Part shown: in pieces, positions 13,701 through 28,578 of the stretch | How the letters are laid out: the number at the start of each line of letters is the position of its first letter | How positions within the stretch are numbered: the first letter of the stretch is position 1 | Source: Vicugna vicugna | Taxonomy: Eukaryota | Direction of reading: 5' to 3' | NCBI GenBank assembly: GCA_013265495.1 | Contig: MU058584.1 | Location: 4,160,508 to 4,224,507, forward strand | Length of the DNA stretch: 64,000 bases | Program-made: the position numbers and the translations under genes | Notes under the pieces: model-generated | The model's input: only the letters and a program-made list of their open reading frames with translations | The model's database searches: none | What the model was told of the DNA's origin: nothing

Positions 13701-15091
13701 GAGTGTAACACGTAGGTTATTAAAGAAGGGGAAAGTATTATTGGCCCCACTTTTCATTGGAACAATCCTGCCCATCAGTGCCCCTCAAGCACCCCCTCCA
13801 CCGTCATTTGCCTGTCCTGTCATGGGGGTGTGAGTAGGGCATGGGAGTTGCTCAAAGGAACACAGCTGCTAAGCCCTTACCTGGGCATTTGCACTCATGC
13901 TGCTGTCATGCCTTTGGTACATGTGTCCCCTTCCTGGGTGTCTTTCTCTCCTCCTCTTTGCATTAAATCCTACCCATTCAAATCCTGTGTCCCCCAGGGG
14001 CATCCCTTTACTTCTGCAGCCTGGCCTTCTCAGACCCACATTCTGAGCCACTCAATAAAGGCCTCTATTGAGTCTTTCTTGAACTGTATTCTGCGTTTAA
14101 TAGGGCCTTTCTGAAAAAACAAATGCCAAATGGCAGTCAAATCAATTCAGGCAGCATTGCATACTGTATCTCCCTCTCTTCCTCCTGGGGGTGCATAGGC
14201 ATGTTCGCAGACATAAGGTTCTGACAAGCCCCGCAGTGAAACAACAACAAACAAAACCTTCCTTAAGTTTGCTCAGACTAATGTTTCCAATACATGTTTC
14301 TGTCCCCTCTTTCTGCGGTTCGGTATTCCCATCTTGCAGAACAGAGTTTGGGAAATGGTGCCTTCGTTATAAACTCCAGTGGACAAGGCCTTTAGGAATC
14401 CTTTGGAAGGGTGGGTCATGTGAGCTGCTGGCCCCACAGAGCAAGGCCAGGTCCAGGTCTAGAGTGTGTGTGTGTCGGGGTGTGTTGGGGGGGCGGTTTC
14501 CTACCTATCAGGGTACCAAGGGCCATGAGTGGGAGGTGTCCCCAGGCTCTTCATCCCAAAACCGTCCTGAGGGTGGGGGGTGCGGTTTCAGGGATTGGGG
14601 GTTGCTACTAAGAGTTGGTGTTTCCCAGTTTCCTGAGGTGAGACATCTCCCTTCCACCAGATCTGCCCTTTTCCAACCCCCTTCTCCACGTGGCAAACTA
14701 AACTCAACCGGCCCCTCAAAATTCATGACAAATGTAGGCTCTGATTCCCCACCCAGAGGCAATGGGGTTCACACAGGGGGCCAGGATGCTGGGGTCAAAG
14801 CCTGCCTCTACCTGTGCTAGCCAGGTACCCCCGGGCCTCCGTTCCCCGCCTGCATAATGGGGACACCAATAAAAGGGCCACAGGAAGAACTGACCTCATG
14901 CATATCAACAACACAGAAAACAAGATCCTCTCAGCAAGTGTTAACGGTTAAAGCTGCTCATATCGCTTTACCAGACCCCTCAGTGATATCTACTAGCCCC
15001 CAAAATGCATGAGTTCTCCGAGCACAGCAGCTGGGACTTGTCACAGTGCAGCACCTGATGTGTGACAGTGCTTGCTCAGAAAACAAAGTTA

Positions 15092-15190
15092 GGGGTGGAG
15101 TGTATAGCTCAGTGGTAGAGCATGTGCTTAGCATGCACGAGGTCCTGGGTTCAATCCCCACTACCTCCATTTGAAAAAGAAAAAAGAGAA
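15092..15190 (+). mobile_element. Camelid tRNA-Ala-derived SINE
   Basis: TATAGCTCAGTGGTAGAGCATGTGCTTAGCATGCACGAGGTCCTGGGTTCAATCCCC + A-rich tail. Confidence 0.85.
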
Positions 15191-16646
15191 GAAATTTAGG
15201 ATGACTTAAGGCACGGCTATGCTCTGTTCTTTATTTCTACCTCTGATAATATTTCTGACAATGAAAGGTATTGTTAAAACGTACCCTCTTCACTAATAGA
15301 AAGATGACTTGATTTGCTTTCATCGGTCTTAGTCTAACCTCCCCAGCTAGATTAACCTAACAGATGCCCGGTCATTATTAGAGGTGAGTTTGGCTGCCAG
15401 AGCTTTGGATCAGTGGGTCATTGTCCTTGTGGCCACCATGGTCCTGGACAGTCTCAGCAGAGAAGTTAGAGATGCCATTGATTTATCTGCACAAAGAGGC
15501 AATATAGTCATGAGTGGGGAGCCAGAGAGGGAGCTGAGACACCCAGAAAGAATTGCACCCCAGAAACTTCTTAAAAGGAAACTCTTCCAAGAACAAGGGA
15601 TCAATCCTTCCCCCCTCCAACTGATAGGGAAATCTGGGCACGGCTCTCACACCACTTTCTTTGAGAAAATTAAATATATCTGTGCTAAGAAAATCCAATA
15701 AGTGAAAATTCACACTTGTGAAAACTAAATTAGAAAATTAATCCTTGTATTACTAAACAATTCAATAACACTCTCCTAAGTATATTTTAAGTTCTGCTAT
15801 AATATTCTCTTCCACAAGACTTTCCAAGGGTCTCATCTAGTGGGAAATGTCCCCTTGTATCTGTCTGACATTTTCTTTTTAAAAAAAAAAATCTTTGTAT
15901 ATTTTATATACGATAAGGTATAATTTACATACTATAAGACATTTTCTGAACCTAGATGTATTAATAGTATAAGGAATTTGGATCACTTGTTCATTTATTA
16001 AACGTCTGTACAGACAAAATCACCCTGGCTCAGTTTATTGCAGGGTGTGTGTATGGCTTTCTCTCTGCCTACCCACCACCCGCCTTGCTCCTGAAAGGAT
16101 TCTGAGTCGAGTGCTGACTTGATCTCCTCCCAGAGCTGCAGGAGAGCAGGTCCTGGGAAGCAAGGCCCTCAGGCTGCTCTCCGCCCTCAGGCAGCCTGTT
16201 GTCCCATAGGTGGGTGGTCAGCGTCTGTGGCACTAACCTGCGAACAACTTACACAACACCAGGAACTTGGCCTGTGGAAACTGGAGTGGAGGGAGATCAA
16301 ATGAGGCTCCCCGGCAGCATCGACTGTCCCTGCCAAGGGTTTCCTCACGGTAGGGGTGACCCAATATCTTTCTGTGCTTCCTGAAACAGTTGAAGGCTGT
16401 CCCCCAGCTCCCGGCATTGGCCGGTCTGCCACCGTCCGGGCCTTGGGGCTGGACTAAACTAACACGGCCTGGCCCCCCGCAGCTCTTCCGTGGTTGCCAT
16501 CCCAGTGTGAGGCCTCTTCACACACACCTGAGACCCAAGTGGCCAAAAGAGCCAGCTCCGGAAGCACCCTTCCCTTACAACAGGGCAATCTGGTGGCCTA
16601 GAGGGCAGATGGTTGGAGCAAGAATCAAAAGTCCTGGGTTCATAAC

Positions 16647-16825
16647 CAAGTTTCTAATGTATAGCACAGGGAACTCTGTTCAATATCTCATAGTAACCTA
16701 CAATGAAAAAGAATATGAAAAGGAGTATATGTATGCACATGTATGACTGAAACATTATGCTGTACACCAGAAATTGACACAGCATTGTAAACTGACTATA
16801 TCTCAATTAAAAAAAAGAAAGAAAA
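16647..16825 (+). mobile_element. 5'-truncated L1 3' end followed by a SINE (~16827-17020)
   Basis: TATAGCACAGGGAACTCTGTTCAATATC...GCTGTACACCAGAAATTGACAC + A tail; closely similar to the 40425-40595 copy. Confidence 0.8.
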
Positions 16826-19196
16826 AGCTTAATGGAAGAGCGAATGCTTAGCATGCACAAGGTCCTGGTTTGAGCCACATTACCTCCGATAAAAAAACAA
16901 ACAAGCAAAAAAAAAAAAAAAAAACAAAAAAAAAAAAAAAAACCCAAACCACCTAATTGCCTCCCCCCTAAATTTTTTTAAAAAGAAAAAAAAAAGATTT
17001 AAGGAAGAACAAAACAAAACAAAAAAGAGTCCTGAGTTCAAGGGCTGACTCTGCCACTTGGTTGCTATGTGATGTTCAGCTGGCTTTTGATCTCTTGGAC
17101 CACCGTTTCTTCCCTGGTAAAATCCAGAAGTGGAACTTGAAGGTGTCTATCCCTTCTAGCTCAACTATTCTATGATTCTGTCATATCAGGCCAGCCCCAC
17201 TTAGGTCAACAGAAATCTTTCCAGAGAGGCTCTATGTACTGTTCTCATCACTGAAAATAAAATTCACTGGCAGCAACCCCAATGCCCTGCACAGCTCCCC
17301 AGCTAATCACGATATTACCACAAGCCCTTCTGATTACAAAGTAAGTATTTTCCTGATGATTTTGCAAAAGTCCAGTTAATTTCTCACAGGAATAAATGCA
17401 AGATAAGAGTCACATTAATTTTAAATAGTGCATATACACTGAGACCTTACTAATTTTTTGTATTGCATTATGTCAAATTTGCATAATTCAAAATCCCATT
17501 AACTGTGATTTGTATATTCCCTGGGGAAGGATTTTTTTTTTTTAACCGTCCAAGAAAAGGAACAAGGCGCTGGGAGAGAAAGGTGATGACACGAGGTCAA
17601 ACCTGATGAAGAAAGACCTTGGGTTTGGAGGAACTTGATGCGGAGAGCATCCAGGACCATAGAGAGGACGCCCTAGAGAGGACCCAGCAGCACAATGTGT
17701 CCTCCTTGGGTTATCATTCTGCACGGGATCTGAGATGATGAGCCAATTTGGAGGTTAGATTTCTTTCTTTCTTAACTGAAATTACTCCAGACTTGAATGC
17801 TGCTATAAAATGTTCAACCTCAAATTTAAAAATCCCTAACCAGCCAAATCCTCTCTTTATCCCTTGGCACAGAAGAGCCATTTTGTGCTCTTCGAAATGG
17901 CTGACAGGAATTTTCTGAGGACGCTACGGTCGGAAACCAAACCAGAAATTAGACCAGCTTCAAGTCTGAGGCTTTGTGTTGAGAGCCATAGCTGGAAACT
18001 AACAGCTGTGTTCCCCCCGCCAAACCAAAGAAATCAAGAAATTGTCATGAAGATCAAAAACTGCTCTCCAAACCTTCCCTTTCACATCCTCCCCGCTGGA
18101 GGTTTGGATTGCAAGAGTTTGTGATTATAACTTTATCCACAATCCATTTTTGGTTTCCAAGTAGCTCCCACTCCAAAATGAAATTGCAAAGCTTTGAAAA
18201 TTAGAGACACCCTTCCCCCCACCCCCAAAAGCTATTCCTGACGAGATACTCTGTTGAAATGGAAGGAATTTGCTTTATAGCAGCCTCCCTCGTGGAATTA
18301 TGGATGGGGACATTAACAATACAGCATTTGCAATGGGCAGGTGAGAGCTGGCCAAGTTTTTAAAGGGGATTTCACAGGCCAGGTCAGCAGGGAGATGGAT
18401 GGGTGAGCTGCAGTGGATACAATTATTTGACTTTCTAAGCCGTTCTTTTGAAGCCTCTACACTTAATAGAAAGAAAAAGAATAATCCTCTTTGCCAAGCT
18501 TTTGTAGCTCCATCTTTATTGTTCCCACCAAAATCCAAAGAAAACAGACAAGATTCTTTCTGTCCAGAAAGCATTTGTGTATTTTATATAGGTCTGGGTT
18601 CTGAAGTGTTGATAGTGAAGTGAGAGGAAAGACAAAGATTTCTCTCTAATCTGAGGAAATCAAAGGGGGAATTTCTGAAGCTCTCGAGCCTAACTCAAAA
18701 CAGTCCTGGGTGGTATCTCCTGGTATGCACCTCCTTTGCTACTAAGCTCAGCATGGAAATTAGCACAGGCTCACAAAACGATGAAAATTAGGCCAGACCG
18801 TAACGAAGCAAGCCTGTAGGGGAATTAAAACTTTTTCATAAAACCCGAGAACATGACCTACAGAATTAGGGAAGCTTTCTTTTATTTATGGGCTCTCAAT
18901 CACTCAACATCCATCTCCAAGACACTGGCCTGGTCAATGGGCTAGTTGGGCCAACCATCTACAGAACTGTTTGCCTTGGGGTACATAAGAGGTGCTTGGT
19001 AAATATTAATTGATAAGTCAAGCGGTTGACCAGATGACTTGTGTTACTTTGGTTTTGTTTTTAAGTTAAAAATTCCTTGATTTTTTAAATCCTGTACCCT
19101 ACCACCATTTACAGGATAATATACGTGATGTAATGAATAGAAAAATATAAGGCTACATGAGGTAAAAGATCCCAGGAGTGTACCTCTGCTTGACAG

Positions 19197-19697
<501 letters not shown>

Positions 19698-20399
19698 TTA
19701 CTGAATTGCTTGTGAATCTCTTCTGAGGGCAGAAAGAAAGAAAAGCACCAAATGCACTTTGACTCTTTTAGTCAAAACTCATCTATTGGCCACTGTGGGA
19801 AGAACTGATGGGAAATAGGGGAGCCGCTGATATTTTCTGCTGATGGGTAGTGTTCCTGAAACTCTTCGCGTGCTGGGCCTCCACTCTGAGAAGGGCTCAT
19901 CATAGGGCACTATTTGTGTTGGGTTTTTAACCTTGAGTTCTAAGAACAATAATTTTCCACCTTCCTTTGTCATCTGAACACTGGTGACAGTGTCAACAGA
20001 GGGCCTGGGAGATTCCCCCCACATCTGGACTTAATTATAAGGGGACAGTAGGGTTTCCACGGGGTGGGGTAGGGTCAGCATTTTAAGTAAGGAGACTGGG
20101 AAGAAGGTGGAAAGAAAGACAGCAGGCTTACTTGGGAGATGGGAGAGTTCTCAGGGGAGTTCTGAAGGTAGTCGGGAGACCTGAGAAGTATCTGCATCTA
20201 ATGAAGGAGCTGATCCCACCTCTCCATGATCCTAGAGATTCTAGTTTGGACGGAAGATTTCTTGGCTCCCTTCTGCACAAAATGTCTGGAATGGGTCCCA
20301 TGATATCTCAGTCCCACTATTACCTGACCTAGATCGCCAGCTCCAAGCTCAAGCAATGCTGCCCCTTTCTTCTAGGTCCTACTGCCACCAACCTCCTCT

Positions 20400-20630
20400 T
20401 AAATACACACATCATACTCAGAAAGCCACTCACTGGTGCACACAGAAACACAGACGCAAGACATGTCCGCTGCATACAGACAAGCACACAGTACATGCCA
20501 GTGCATGCACCCACATGCTGGAACACAAACACACAGTCCCACACACACCAGCACATGCACAGTGGGGCACAGACACCTGCAGAGCACACAGGTAAACACA
20601 CACTGGCATGCATGTGTGCCACACCCAAAC
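20400..20630. repeat. Degenerate CA/GCAC-rich low-complexity tract
   Basis: Repeated CACA/CACATG/CACAG motifs; produces the spurious H/T- and C/V-rich ORFs in the track. Confidence 0.7.
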
Positions 20631-21378
20631 TGAGCCATAACCCATGGGATGGGGTCTGGGGACAGGCTAGTCCCACGCTAGAGTCACCCAGCTCAGCTGC
20701 CTTCTCCCTACAGCAAGCCGCTCTGGCTTGTCTGCCTCCTATGGCCACAGATGGCAACCTCCACCCCTACCCGCCAGGCTGTCTTTTCTACTCTTCCCTC
20801 CAACCTCTTCCCTCCAACTCTTCACCATCACTCCCAGTCCACATGACAAAAAGGCAGTTCTGGCTCAGGGCTGTCATTGACAATATGGCTTCGAGCCAGT
20901 ACAACACTGCCTGATGGGGAACTGGTGAAATGTAGGAACACAGAGCTGACTTTCTAGTGTCTGCAGCAATTGAGAGAAGCGGGGATGTGTTTAATCCTAA
21001 ATGGTAGTGCTGGTTTGCATTCTGAGCTGTCCTCCCCAGCTCCAGGGTTTGGCAAAGGCGAGGCACCTATAGCCCAGCAGCCCTGCAAATACCCTGCCAA
21101 ACTCCTAGACACTCCTCCTCTCCCAGGCCTCCTCCCAATCAGCCTGGAGAGTGGACACACGAAGAGCTACTGATATTCAAATATTGGGCAATCTGATGCT
21201 TCACGTATTCTGCTCTGAGCACCAAATTTCTTATCTTGGTTTACTTTGCTCCAGTAACAGCAAAAAGGATTGGACTCCCGGGCTTGGCCCAGGCAGATGC
21301 AACTGGACTTAAAACCAAAATCTGACATAAATAATTGAGAATGGATTATATATATTTGTCATTTAAAGGTAATTTTCA

Positions 21379-21542
21379 GGGGGCAGGGTATAGCTTTGTG
21401 GTAGAGTGCATGCTTAGTATGCACGATGTCCTGGGTTCAATCTCCAGTACCTCTGTTAAAAAATAAGTAAATAAACCTAATTACCTACCCCCCACCAAAC
21501 AAACAAACAAAAAAATGTTTAATGAAAAAATTAAAACAATAT
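21379..21542 (+). mobile_element. Camelid tRNA-Ala-derived SINE (long form)
   Basis: tRNA head plus AATAAACCTAATTACCT tail module and imperfect TSD TAAAGGTAATTTTC / TAAAAGTAATTCTC. Confidence 0.85.
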
Positions 21543-21589
21543 AAAAGTAATTCTCCCACTTCTCGAGGATTTATATAAAAACCAAATCT

Positions 21590-21845
21590 CCGGTTACCAG
21601 TGGGGGAAGAGGGGAGGAATAAATTGGGAGTTCAGGATTTGCAGATACACACTGCTATATATAAAACAGATAAACAACAAGGTCCTACTGTACAGCACAG
21701 GGAACTATATTCGGAAGCTTGTAATAGCCTATAATAAAAAAGAATATGAAAAGGAATATATATGAATCACTAGGCTGTACAAGAGAAACTAACGCAACAT
21801 TGTAAATCGACTAGACTTCAATAAAACACAAAGCAAAACCAAAAA
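21590..21845 (+). mobile_element. L1 3' end fragment
   Basis: GGTTACCAGTGGGG...ATAAATTGGGAGTT...GGTCCTACTGTACAGCACAGGGAACTATAT. Confidence 0.8.
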
Positions 21846-24800
21846 CCCGCCAACTTCGACTGAGCGTCTGTGTGGAATAGCGTGCTCTTCTTTTAGAAAA
21901 CCTCACCCCACAAAACCTTACACAAAACCGTTCTTACCAAACAGACCGATTGAAGGCTATCATTGAGGATGAAAGCTTCTCAAATACAATTTAATTTGCA
22001 CTTTGATTTACACGTTTGATTTCCACCGATGCCTCACACGGTGGTGGAGGGGGCAGGTGCGGCACACATAGAAACCATAGAAACGGGTAAAATTGCAAAC
22101 TGAGGTTGATCCCTCTCAAGAAAAGCTCCCAAAGAGGTACATTTATTAAGAGTAAAACAGAAAATATGGATTTTACCGCATCTGGAGGAAATGTGAGTTC
22201 AGAACTATAATAATAGGCCAGAGAAAAATGCAATTCTGTACTAACAACCAAATATTTCATACTCAGCAGGAAAATTTATATTAAATGAGGATATTCAGCA
22301 TCAAAATAATTCTTACTTCAAAAATTGAGAGGAAAATCGTAGTAAGTGCTGACTGAGGGAAATGCCTTCAAAAGTCTGCTGCAGAATTCAGTCATTAGGT
22401 GTAAGATGCAAATTGATAGAAGACCTGGTAGAGAGGTTGCTAGAATGTTCGAGAGCACGCACCTTGAACGGGGGATCAGAAACTGTGTTTGGAGCCTGGT
22501 TCTACTATTAGGCATGTCATCAAACCTCTGAGCCTCATTTTCTTTGTTTATACAAAGAGAATCTTAGTACTTTTTCTGCTACTTGCCATAGAATGGTTAC
22601 GAGGATCGAGTAAACGAAGGCATTGGGAAGGATTTTGTAAATATAAAGGAATGACCGTGCTAAGAGAATGGTGGTCTGGACTGGGCAAGGATCCTGCCTG
22701 TCCTGGTTCGAATGCTTTCTATTTATTTTTTCCCCCTTGAGCCTGAAAATTAGTTGCTGAGAAGCACAAATCATAACAGGCAAGCAGAGCGGACAAAGGG
22801 AGCTTCTAACATTTCCACCACTGCAATTTGGCCGCTTCAGACGGCAATTTGCTTTCTCTTCAAGTCAGTTCTCACCAGCAAAGTCCTTGAGTGGCCATAA
22901 ATCTGCAGCCGATGCACAAGCATAAGGGACAAGCTAGAAAATGTTGGACTCCGTCCTTGGATTTTTCACAACAGAGGCTCCCGTTAGAGTTAAAAATACT
23001 GTGATAAGGTGGGAGTCCAGATTTTTTTTAAGTTTTAATTTTATTTATTTATTGGAGCTACAGGGATGAATAAATTTCATTTATTGATTGGAGGTCCTAA
23101 TTCTGTGAGTCAATACCAGTGAGGTGGGGGGCTAGGTAACTAACTGTTCTTAAAAATTTGGTAATTTCAAGACCGTACGTAACTCATGGTGTAGCTGAAA
23201 GGGATGTTCAATCCTCTTCTTCCCCATCACACAGATGAGAAAACTAAAGCCCAGAGAGAGACTTCTGCCCAAGTTTACACTGCAATTTAGTAACAAAAGA
23301 AGTTAAAAAAAAAAAAGCACATTAGTGCCAGCGTTTCCACTTTCTTGCTCTGGGAAAATGATACCCTTTCTATTTTGCAGGTTGGGAAACTGAAGCACCT
23401 GTGGTCACGACTACACCTCTTGTGTGTGTGCCTCTTCCGAGTGTGTCTCCACTCCACCGCCATCTCACAGAGGAAGAAAGGGGTTCTGGAGGTGGGCAGC
23501 TGGCCACAGTGAAAGGCTGGGGAGCAAACAGGACCTGGATCCAGATCTTTCTGGTTCCATGACCTCCACTCTCCCTCCCCCATATTGCCTGCTCCAGAGA
23601 AGACAGAAACACTTGCCGATGGTCAGAGAATTGGAAAACAAAAAACAAAAAACAAAAACCCAAAACCTCTCCTCGACAGGATTATTTTCAACAGAAGTCT
23701 AAAGTATCCTGCGAAATGTCCTTTTACTTTAACTTCTTCTTTTAATTGTCAGTCCTGGAGAAATTAGCCCAAGAAAGTAATTCAGAAGACATTTATTTTA
23801 AAGGCTACATATGTCAAGATTTTCTTGCAGGATTAACTATAATAACAAAAATTAGAAACAGCCCAAGTGCCCAGCAATAAGGAAACAGTGAAGAAAATGC
23901 GATGCATGAACTACAGAAGTTTAAAAACAGTCGCGAAGGCCAAGCATAAAAAAGATGCTCAGAATAAAATATGAAGGAAAAAAAGCACATAGCAGCTCTA
24001 TAAAAATATGTAAACACTTTTAAAAAAAAGCGGAATGGGACATTTAAAAAATTTATGACGTCCTCTGATGATTTTGGTATTTTTGGTAAAAATACCTCAG
24101 ATTAAGAGAGAAAAAAAGTGATAACTACTTGGAATATTTATTTAGTAATCTAGAACAAATTGGACTATAATGGTTAGATATTCTGCTTTTTTTTTCTTTC
24201 TGTATTTTGAAGCAATTGGGCAACTGAATAATGTGATTTATGCTATAATCCACAAACTCTTATTTTTCTCCTTGGTGCCTTCGTAAGTTTATTGATTCAT
24301 TAGTTAACAATCTCCAGCCGTGGCAGCCCTCTTTATTTTCTGCTTTTCCCTATCATTAAAGCAAAGTCAGAAAAATGAGCATTTCTTTATTTTCAAGATA
24401 TATTAGTTGACTCATATGAAATTATCATTTTTGTAGGTCCCAAATAGACAAATGTCAGAAATTTCATATGGTCCAACCAGAAAATTTTAACAACGGTAGG
24501 ATTTTATCTTAAACTGTCCTTGTAACTCATTTTTAATCAGTCTATTTACTCAAACTGCCCTGTCCCCTCCAGCTTAATTTCTGGTTGTTTTTTTTTAAGT
24601 ACTTTGTTTAATACTAAATTCTCCAGAAGAAAGGTCCAACTACGCCACTCCAAGATATGACCTCCCTAAAAAACCATTAAAGTGAATTTAATTGCATGGA
24701 AAGGTCTAGATTTCCCTCATTCAGCCACCTTGTAAGTCACCCAACAAATATTCACCGCCTGCTCCAGGCACCGTGCTAAGTGCTAGGATAGTTCCTGAGC

Positions 24801-27800
24801 AGAGGAATGTCTTTTCCCTCAGGAAACATACACTGTGTCTGAGGCTGGAAGGAGTGGCTATGTGTGTCCGGTTTAGTAACTGATCATTTTGTTTCAATTA
24901 ACAGATCAAATGACGGGTTTGATTATTTTTTAACCAAATGGTCTGTATGTTTGCTCAGATTGATTAAATCTACTATCACTTTAGTGTTAATAAGAACTAA
25001 CCTTGGCCCAAGCAGAGAAGAAATGTATTTTGAACTATCGCTGCTATTTATTCAGTTACCTGACCCATAAGTAAATAAGGCTCAGAAAAAAAAGGATTCC
25101 CAGGGTGTGTGTCTGGACAAATCTAACGCAAGACAGTTCCCTAAAGGTGCCTGAACCCTAAATAAAACACAAGACACAATGCCCAGGGATTCTCGAAAGT
25201 AAAAGTGTATCCAATAAAAAATTAGATTAAATTCGTTAAAGGCAAAAATGAAGGGAATTTTTAAATAGATTCAGCAGTGTTGTTTATTCACCTAAGCAAG
25301 TACTTCCCAGGACTGTTTCAGGGTGGTGTTTGAAGCAGCAGATGGGAAACAGGCCAGCAAGTCTGAGAAAGGTCAAAGTGAAAAATGAGGTACCTCCTCT
25401 GGGTGAGCAGAGTCAGATGACCAGAGGTCGAAATAAACCACTGGTGAAAATGCCTTCGATGAAAGATTTGTCCTGGCATCGCTTAGATGCTTCCCTCAAG
25501 TCTAGCTCCAGGCAGTTTAAGCAAAGATCTGGTTTCAAGAAGTATTCATTTAAATACCCTGGTCACTGTGCACCCACACTACGCATTTGGCTGCCAAATC
25601 TGGATGGTGGCCCTAACCAGTGACGACCAGGTGGACCTTGTTCTAATTTGCTCCCCTTAACTGTTTATATTCTATATATTGTCAGTCACATTTTTCACCT
25701 GGGGAGAAAATCCCCTACAGAATAAATGTCTTAAAAACCAAAAAATGGTAGCTGTAACGCTCATCCTATGACCCACCAAAGCTTTGCTTCTTGCTCACGG
25801 TTGGACCTACGGCTGGGAGGGATCACCGCTGCGTTCCTGTGTTGTTACGGATATGCTCAGAAATCAAAAGACAGACGAGCTGGACTTCAACAGATGGAGA
25901 AAATGCCCAGTGCTGCTTTACAACACAAAGGAGAGCAAATTAAGAATCCTAACCGTGGGTTTCCATTTCCTGTTCCTGGATCTTGAGAACAAGAAAACAG
26001 GCCAGGATTTTATAACAGTAACAACACAACTTCCATGTATTGACTGTCTAGTATCTGTCAGGCACATTACATTTACTTTTCTTTTTCACATCTCTGCATG
26101 AAGATATTCCTAACTTTAGAGGTGAGACAGCTGAGGCCCAGAGAGGTTAAGTTACTTGCTTAAGGTTGCACAGCTGGGAAATTGGCAGCCATGTGATGGG
26201 CCTGGCTCTTCCCACCCCGTCTGTTTCTCTAAAAGCAGAGCTGCTCACAAGACTAGAAGCCTGCATTTCGTGAGGCTTGGTGTCAGAGCTGCATTTCCTT
26301 GCTGGAGAAAGGACAAAGGCCTCACTGGCCACCATGAGGCCAGGAGTTAGACGCACTGAGAAGTTGAGGGCTCCGCAGGCAAGAGAGCCCATGCCTTTAG
26401 GCACGCCATCTTAGTCTCTTCCAGCCTTAGACCCTGGTGACCGTCTTGGCAGACTCACCAGAGAGACCTCCTCGGACAGACAGAGTCATAATTTGCTTTA
26501 ATCGGAATGCTCTGGGCATTTCCAAGGAAATGCAAATAGAAAAGTCTTAGTAAAAAGATGTTTTAAAAGGGTTTGGATGAACATAACATTGGAAACCGAC
26601 TGTATTTCAATTAAAAAAATAAAATAAAAATGAATTAGCATGACAAAAAAAATAGGGTTTGAGGGTGAGTAACTTAATTGAGCAAGGAAAGAGGGAAGAC
26701 CTCAACGCCAACTCCGCCAGCAGCCTTTCCTCCGGAGGAAATCATACATGGTGTCCTGTTTAGGCAACACGGATGCCGTTTGCGGCCCTGGGTGTTAAAG
26801 GCCTCTCTAAATCTCCCTTGCCTTCCCTCAGTGGGGTGAGGACAGTTTGAAAAACTTCCGTCCAGGAGCCTTTATCTAAAAAGAGCTGAAATTTCCATCT
26901 CTACCCCTGCAGAGCACTGAAGGATGAATCTAGTTTTTCCTCCTGTGCGCTCTTCGTGGAAATGGGGCACGGCCCCCATCTTGTCTGCCGGGTGGGGTTC
27001 TGTTTGCCACTCCTGGCAGCTACCACCAGCCTCGCAGCTTCTTTCTCTTCTAATTCCATTGCCCCCGCCTTGGCCCCAAGGCCCAACACAGATAGACCCC
27101 TGAGGAAACGTCACGTGATGCAATTATCTCCCAAGTGCAGCCCCCAAACCTGAGGCCCAGGGTCTGAATCCACTGCTGTCAGCTGTTCCCCTCCACAAAT
27201 CCCTGAATCACAGGCTGTGACGGCATCACGGGTCCTCTGGAGCCCCGCACACAGGACGGGCTGCTCTGGGCTCATTCTGGTGTCCTTGCCCCCAGCAGCG
27301 CATGACTCATCCCCAGCAGGCCCTTCTGAGAAGAGAGCTGTGATCTTACAGAAAACCCCGCCACGGCTTAGTCCTCGAAACCCCCGAGGCGCTAGGCCGG
27401 GGCTGTGCCATGTTCCCGGCAGCAACAGAGGTGCCAGTGGCCTCTCCTGCCCCCAGTATTGTCACCAGACACCCTCCCACACCGAGGTGAGCTGCAAAGT
27501 GGACGGACGACGTTGGTTTGGGACCCACCCCCTCGACACTTGAGATTTAAATACAGTTTGTCCCGTTTCCTGTAAAAATGCCAGGTCGCCGAACCCCGGA
27601 CGGAGTCCATTTTGTCTTCTTTTTACTTCACCTCCTCATTATCTGGGCTAGAAAACCCAGCAGGAGTGAAAGGATTCTAGAAAAGCCAGGCTTCAAGGAC
27701 TGGAGCCAAGTGAGGAGTAGGTTCTCTTAAGGGCTGGTTGTTACCCATGGTGGTGCCTTAAGTCACATCCTTTCATCTGTCCCTTACGTTCATGTTCTGC

Positions 27801-28520
27801 CAGCATCTCTGGCTTATTTGGCCTCAGATGAGAGCTGCCAGGGGTGGTGGGTGAGTCACTGAGGCTGGGATGGGTGTGTCATCGGGCTGCCCTTGGCTGT
27901 GCATGTGGGCAGCCGTGTCAGAGCCGAGCCCAGACGTGGACCCTGCTCAAGGCCACATCCCTCTTCCGTTAACCCCAGTCAGTCCCTAGCCCATCGAAGC
28001 CTCAAGTCAGCCAGTCAACCCTCTCTGACCAATGAATGAAATGTTCTTTGTTGGCCAAGGAAGAAGGAAAGGGGCCGAGTGACGGAGCCAGCAAGGTGGT
28101 CAAAGAAGACACAGAGGCTAGAAAAAAAGGTCTCAGCTGTCTTTCTGGTCCCACCCAGCTTCAGTTAAATACCACCCCCCCTCTTCTCCACACAGGCTCT
28201 GCCTCAGTTCCTCGTTGTCTTCCCACCACCGCAGACTTTTCTCTCTCCTTTTATCACTGGAAAAATAATCCATGCTTTGGACAAGTGTGTTTTCAAGCAG
28301 CTGGATCTAATCTGATGCCCAACGTGGCCGTAATGAAGCAGTTGCCGGCATCAAGCCAGACCCCTCCCCGCTCAGCCAGCTGCCCGTTGATTTGGGGAGG
28401 ACGGGATTTAAAGGAGACACTGGCTCCTCACCAACCCAGTGCTATTTCCCTCCACCCCCACCCCCCCAACACACATGCACAAAGAGTTTCTAAAAGTTCC
28501 ATCGAAACATCCGGCCTTAC

Positions 28521-28578
28521 CTGTAACTGGAAGCTGCGCCTGCAGGATGGCCAGGATAATGAGCACCGTCCACTTCAT
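28521..28578 (-). CDS. CD247: CD247 (T-cell receptor CD3 zeta chain) coding exon 1, signal peptide; remaining exons lie outside the window to the left
   Basis: Minus strand reads ATG AAG TGG ACG GTG CTC ATT ATC CTG GCC ATC CTG CAG GCG CAG CTT CCA GTT ACA G|gtaagg = MKWTVLIILAILQAQLPVT (human MKWKALFTAAILQAQLPIT). It is a 58-nt phase-1 exon with a canonical donor. The upstream sequence (...GGAAGGACAAG ATG) resembles the human 5'UTR, and the gene is syntenic with CREG1. Too short for the ORF track. Confidence 0.96.

Noticed and set aside
14191..14820. 209-aa + strand ORF in CD247 intron 1
   Set aside because: GTG start, no homology recognised, includes simple GT/G-rich sequence.
15092..15170. 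Apparent tRNA-Ala genes (all SINE copies)
   Set aside because: Multiple diverged copies with A-rich tails and TSDs; these are SINEs, not called as tRNA genes.
16585..16608. Overlapping CTCF-like motifs (GCAATCTGGTGGCCTAGAGGGCAG), and a similar one at ~45415-45430
   Set aside because: Each orientation has several core mismatches; too weak to call.
20329..20914. Cluster of Cys/Val- and His/Thr-rich ORFs
   Set aside because: Translation artefacts of a degenerate CA repeat.
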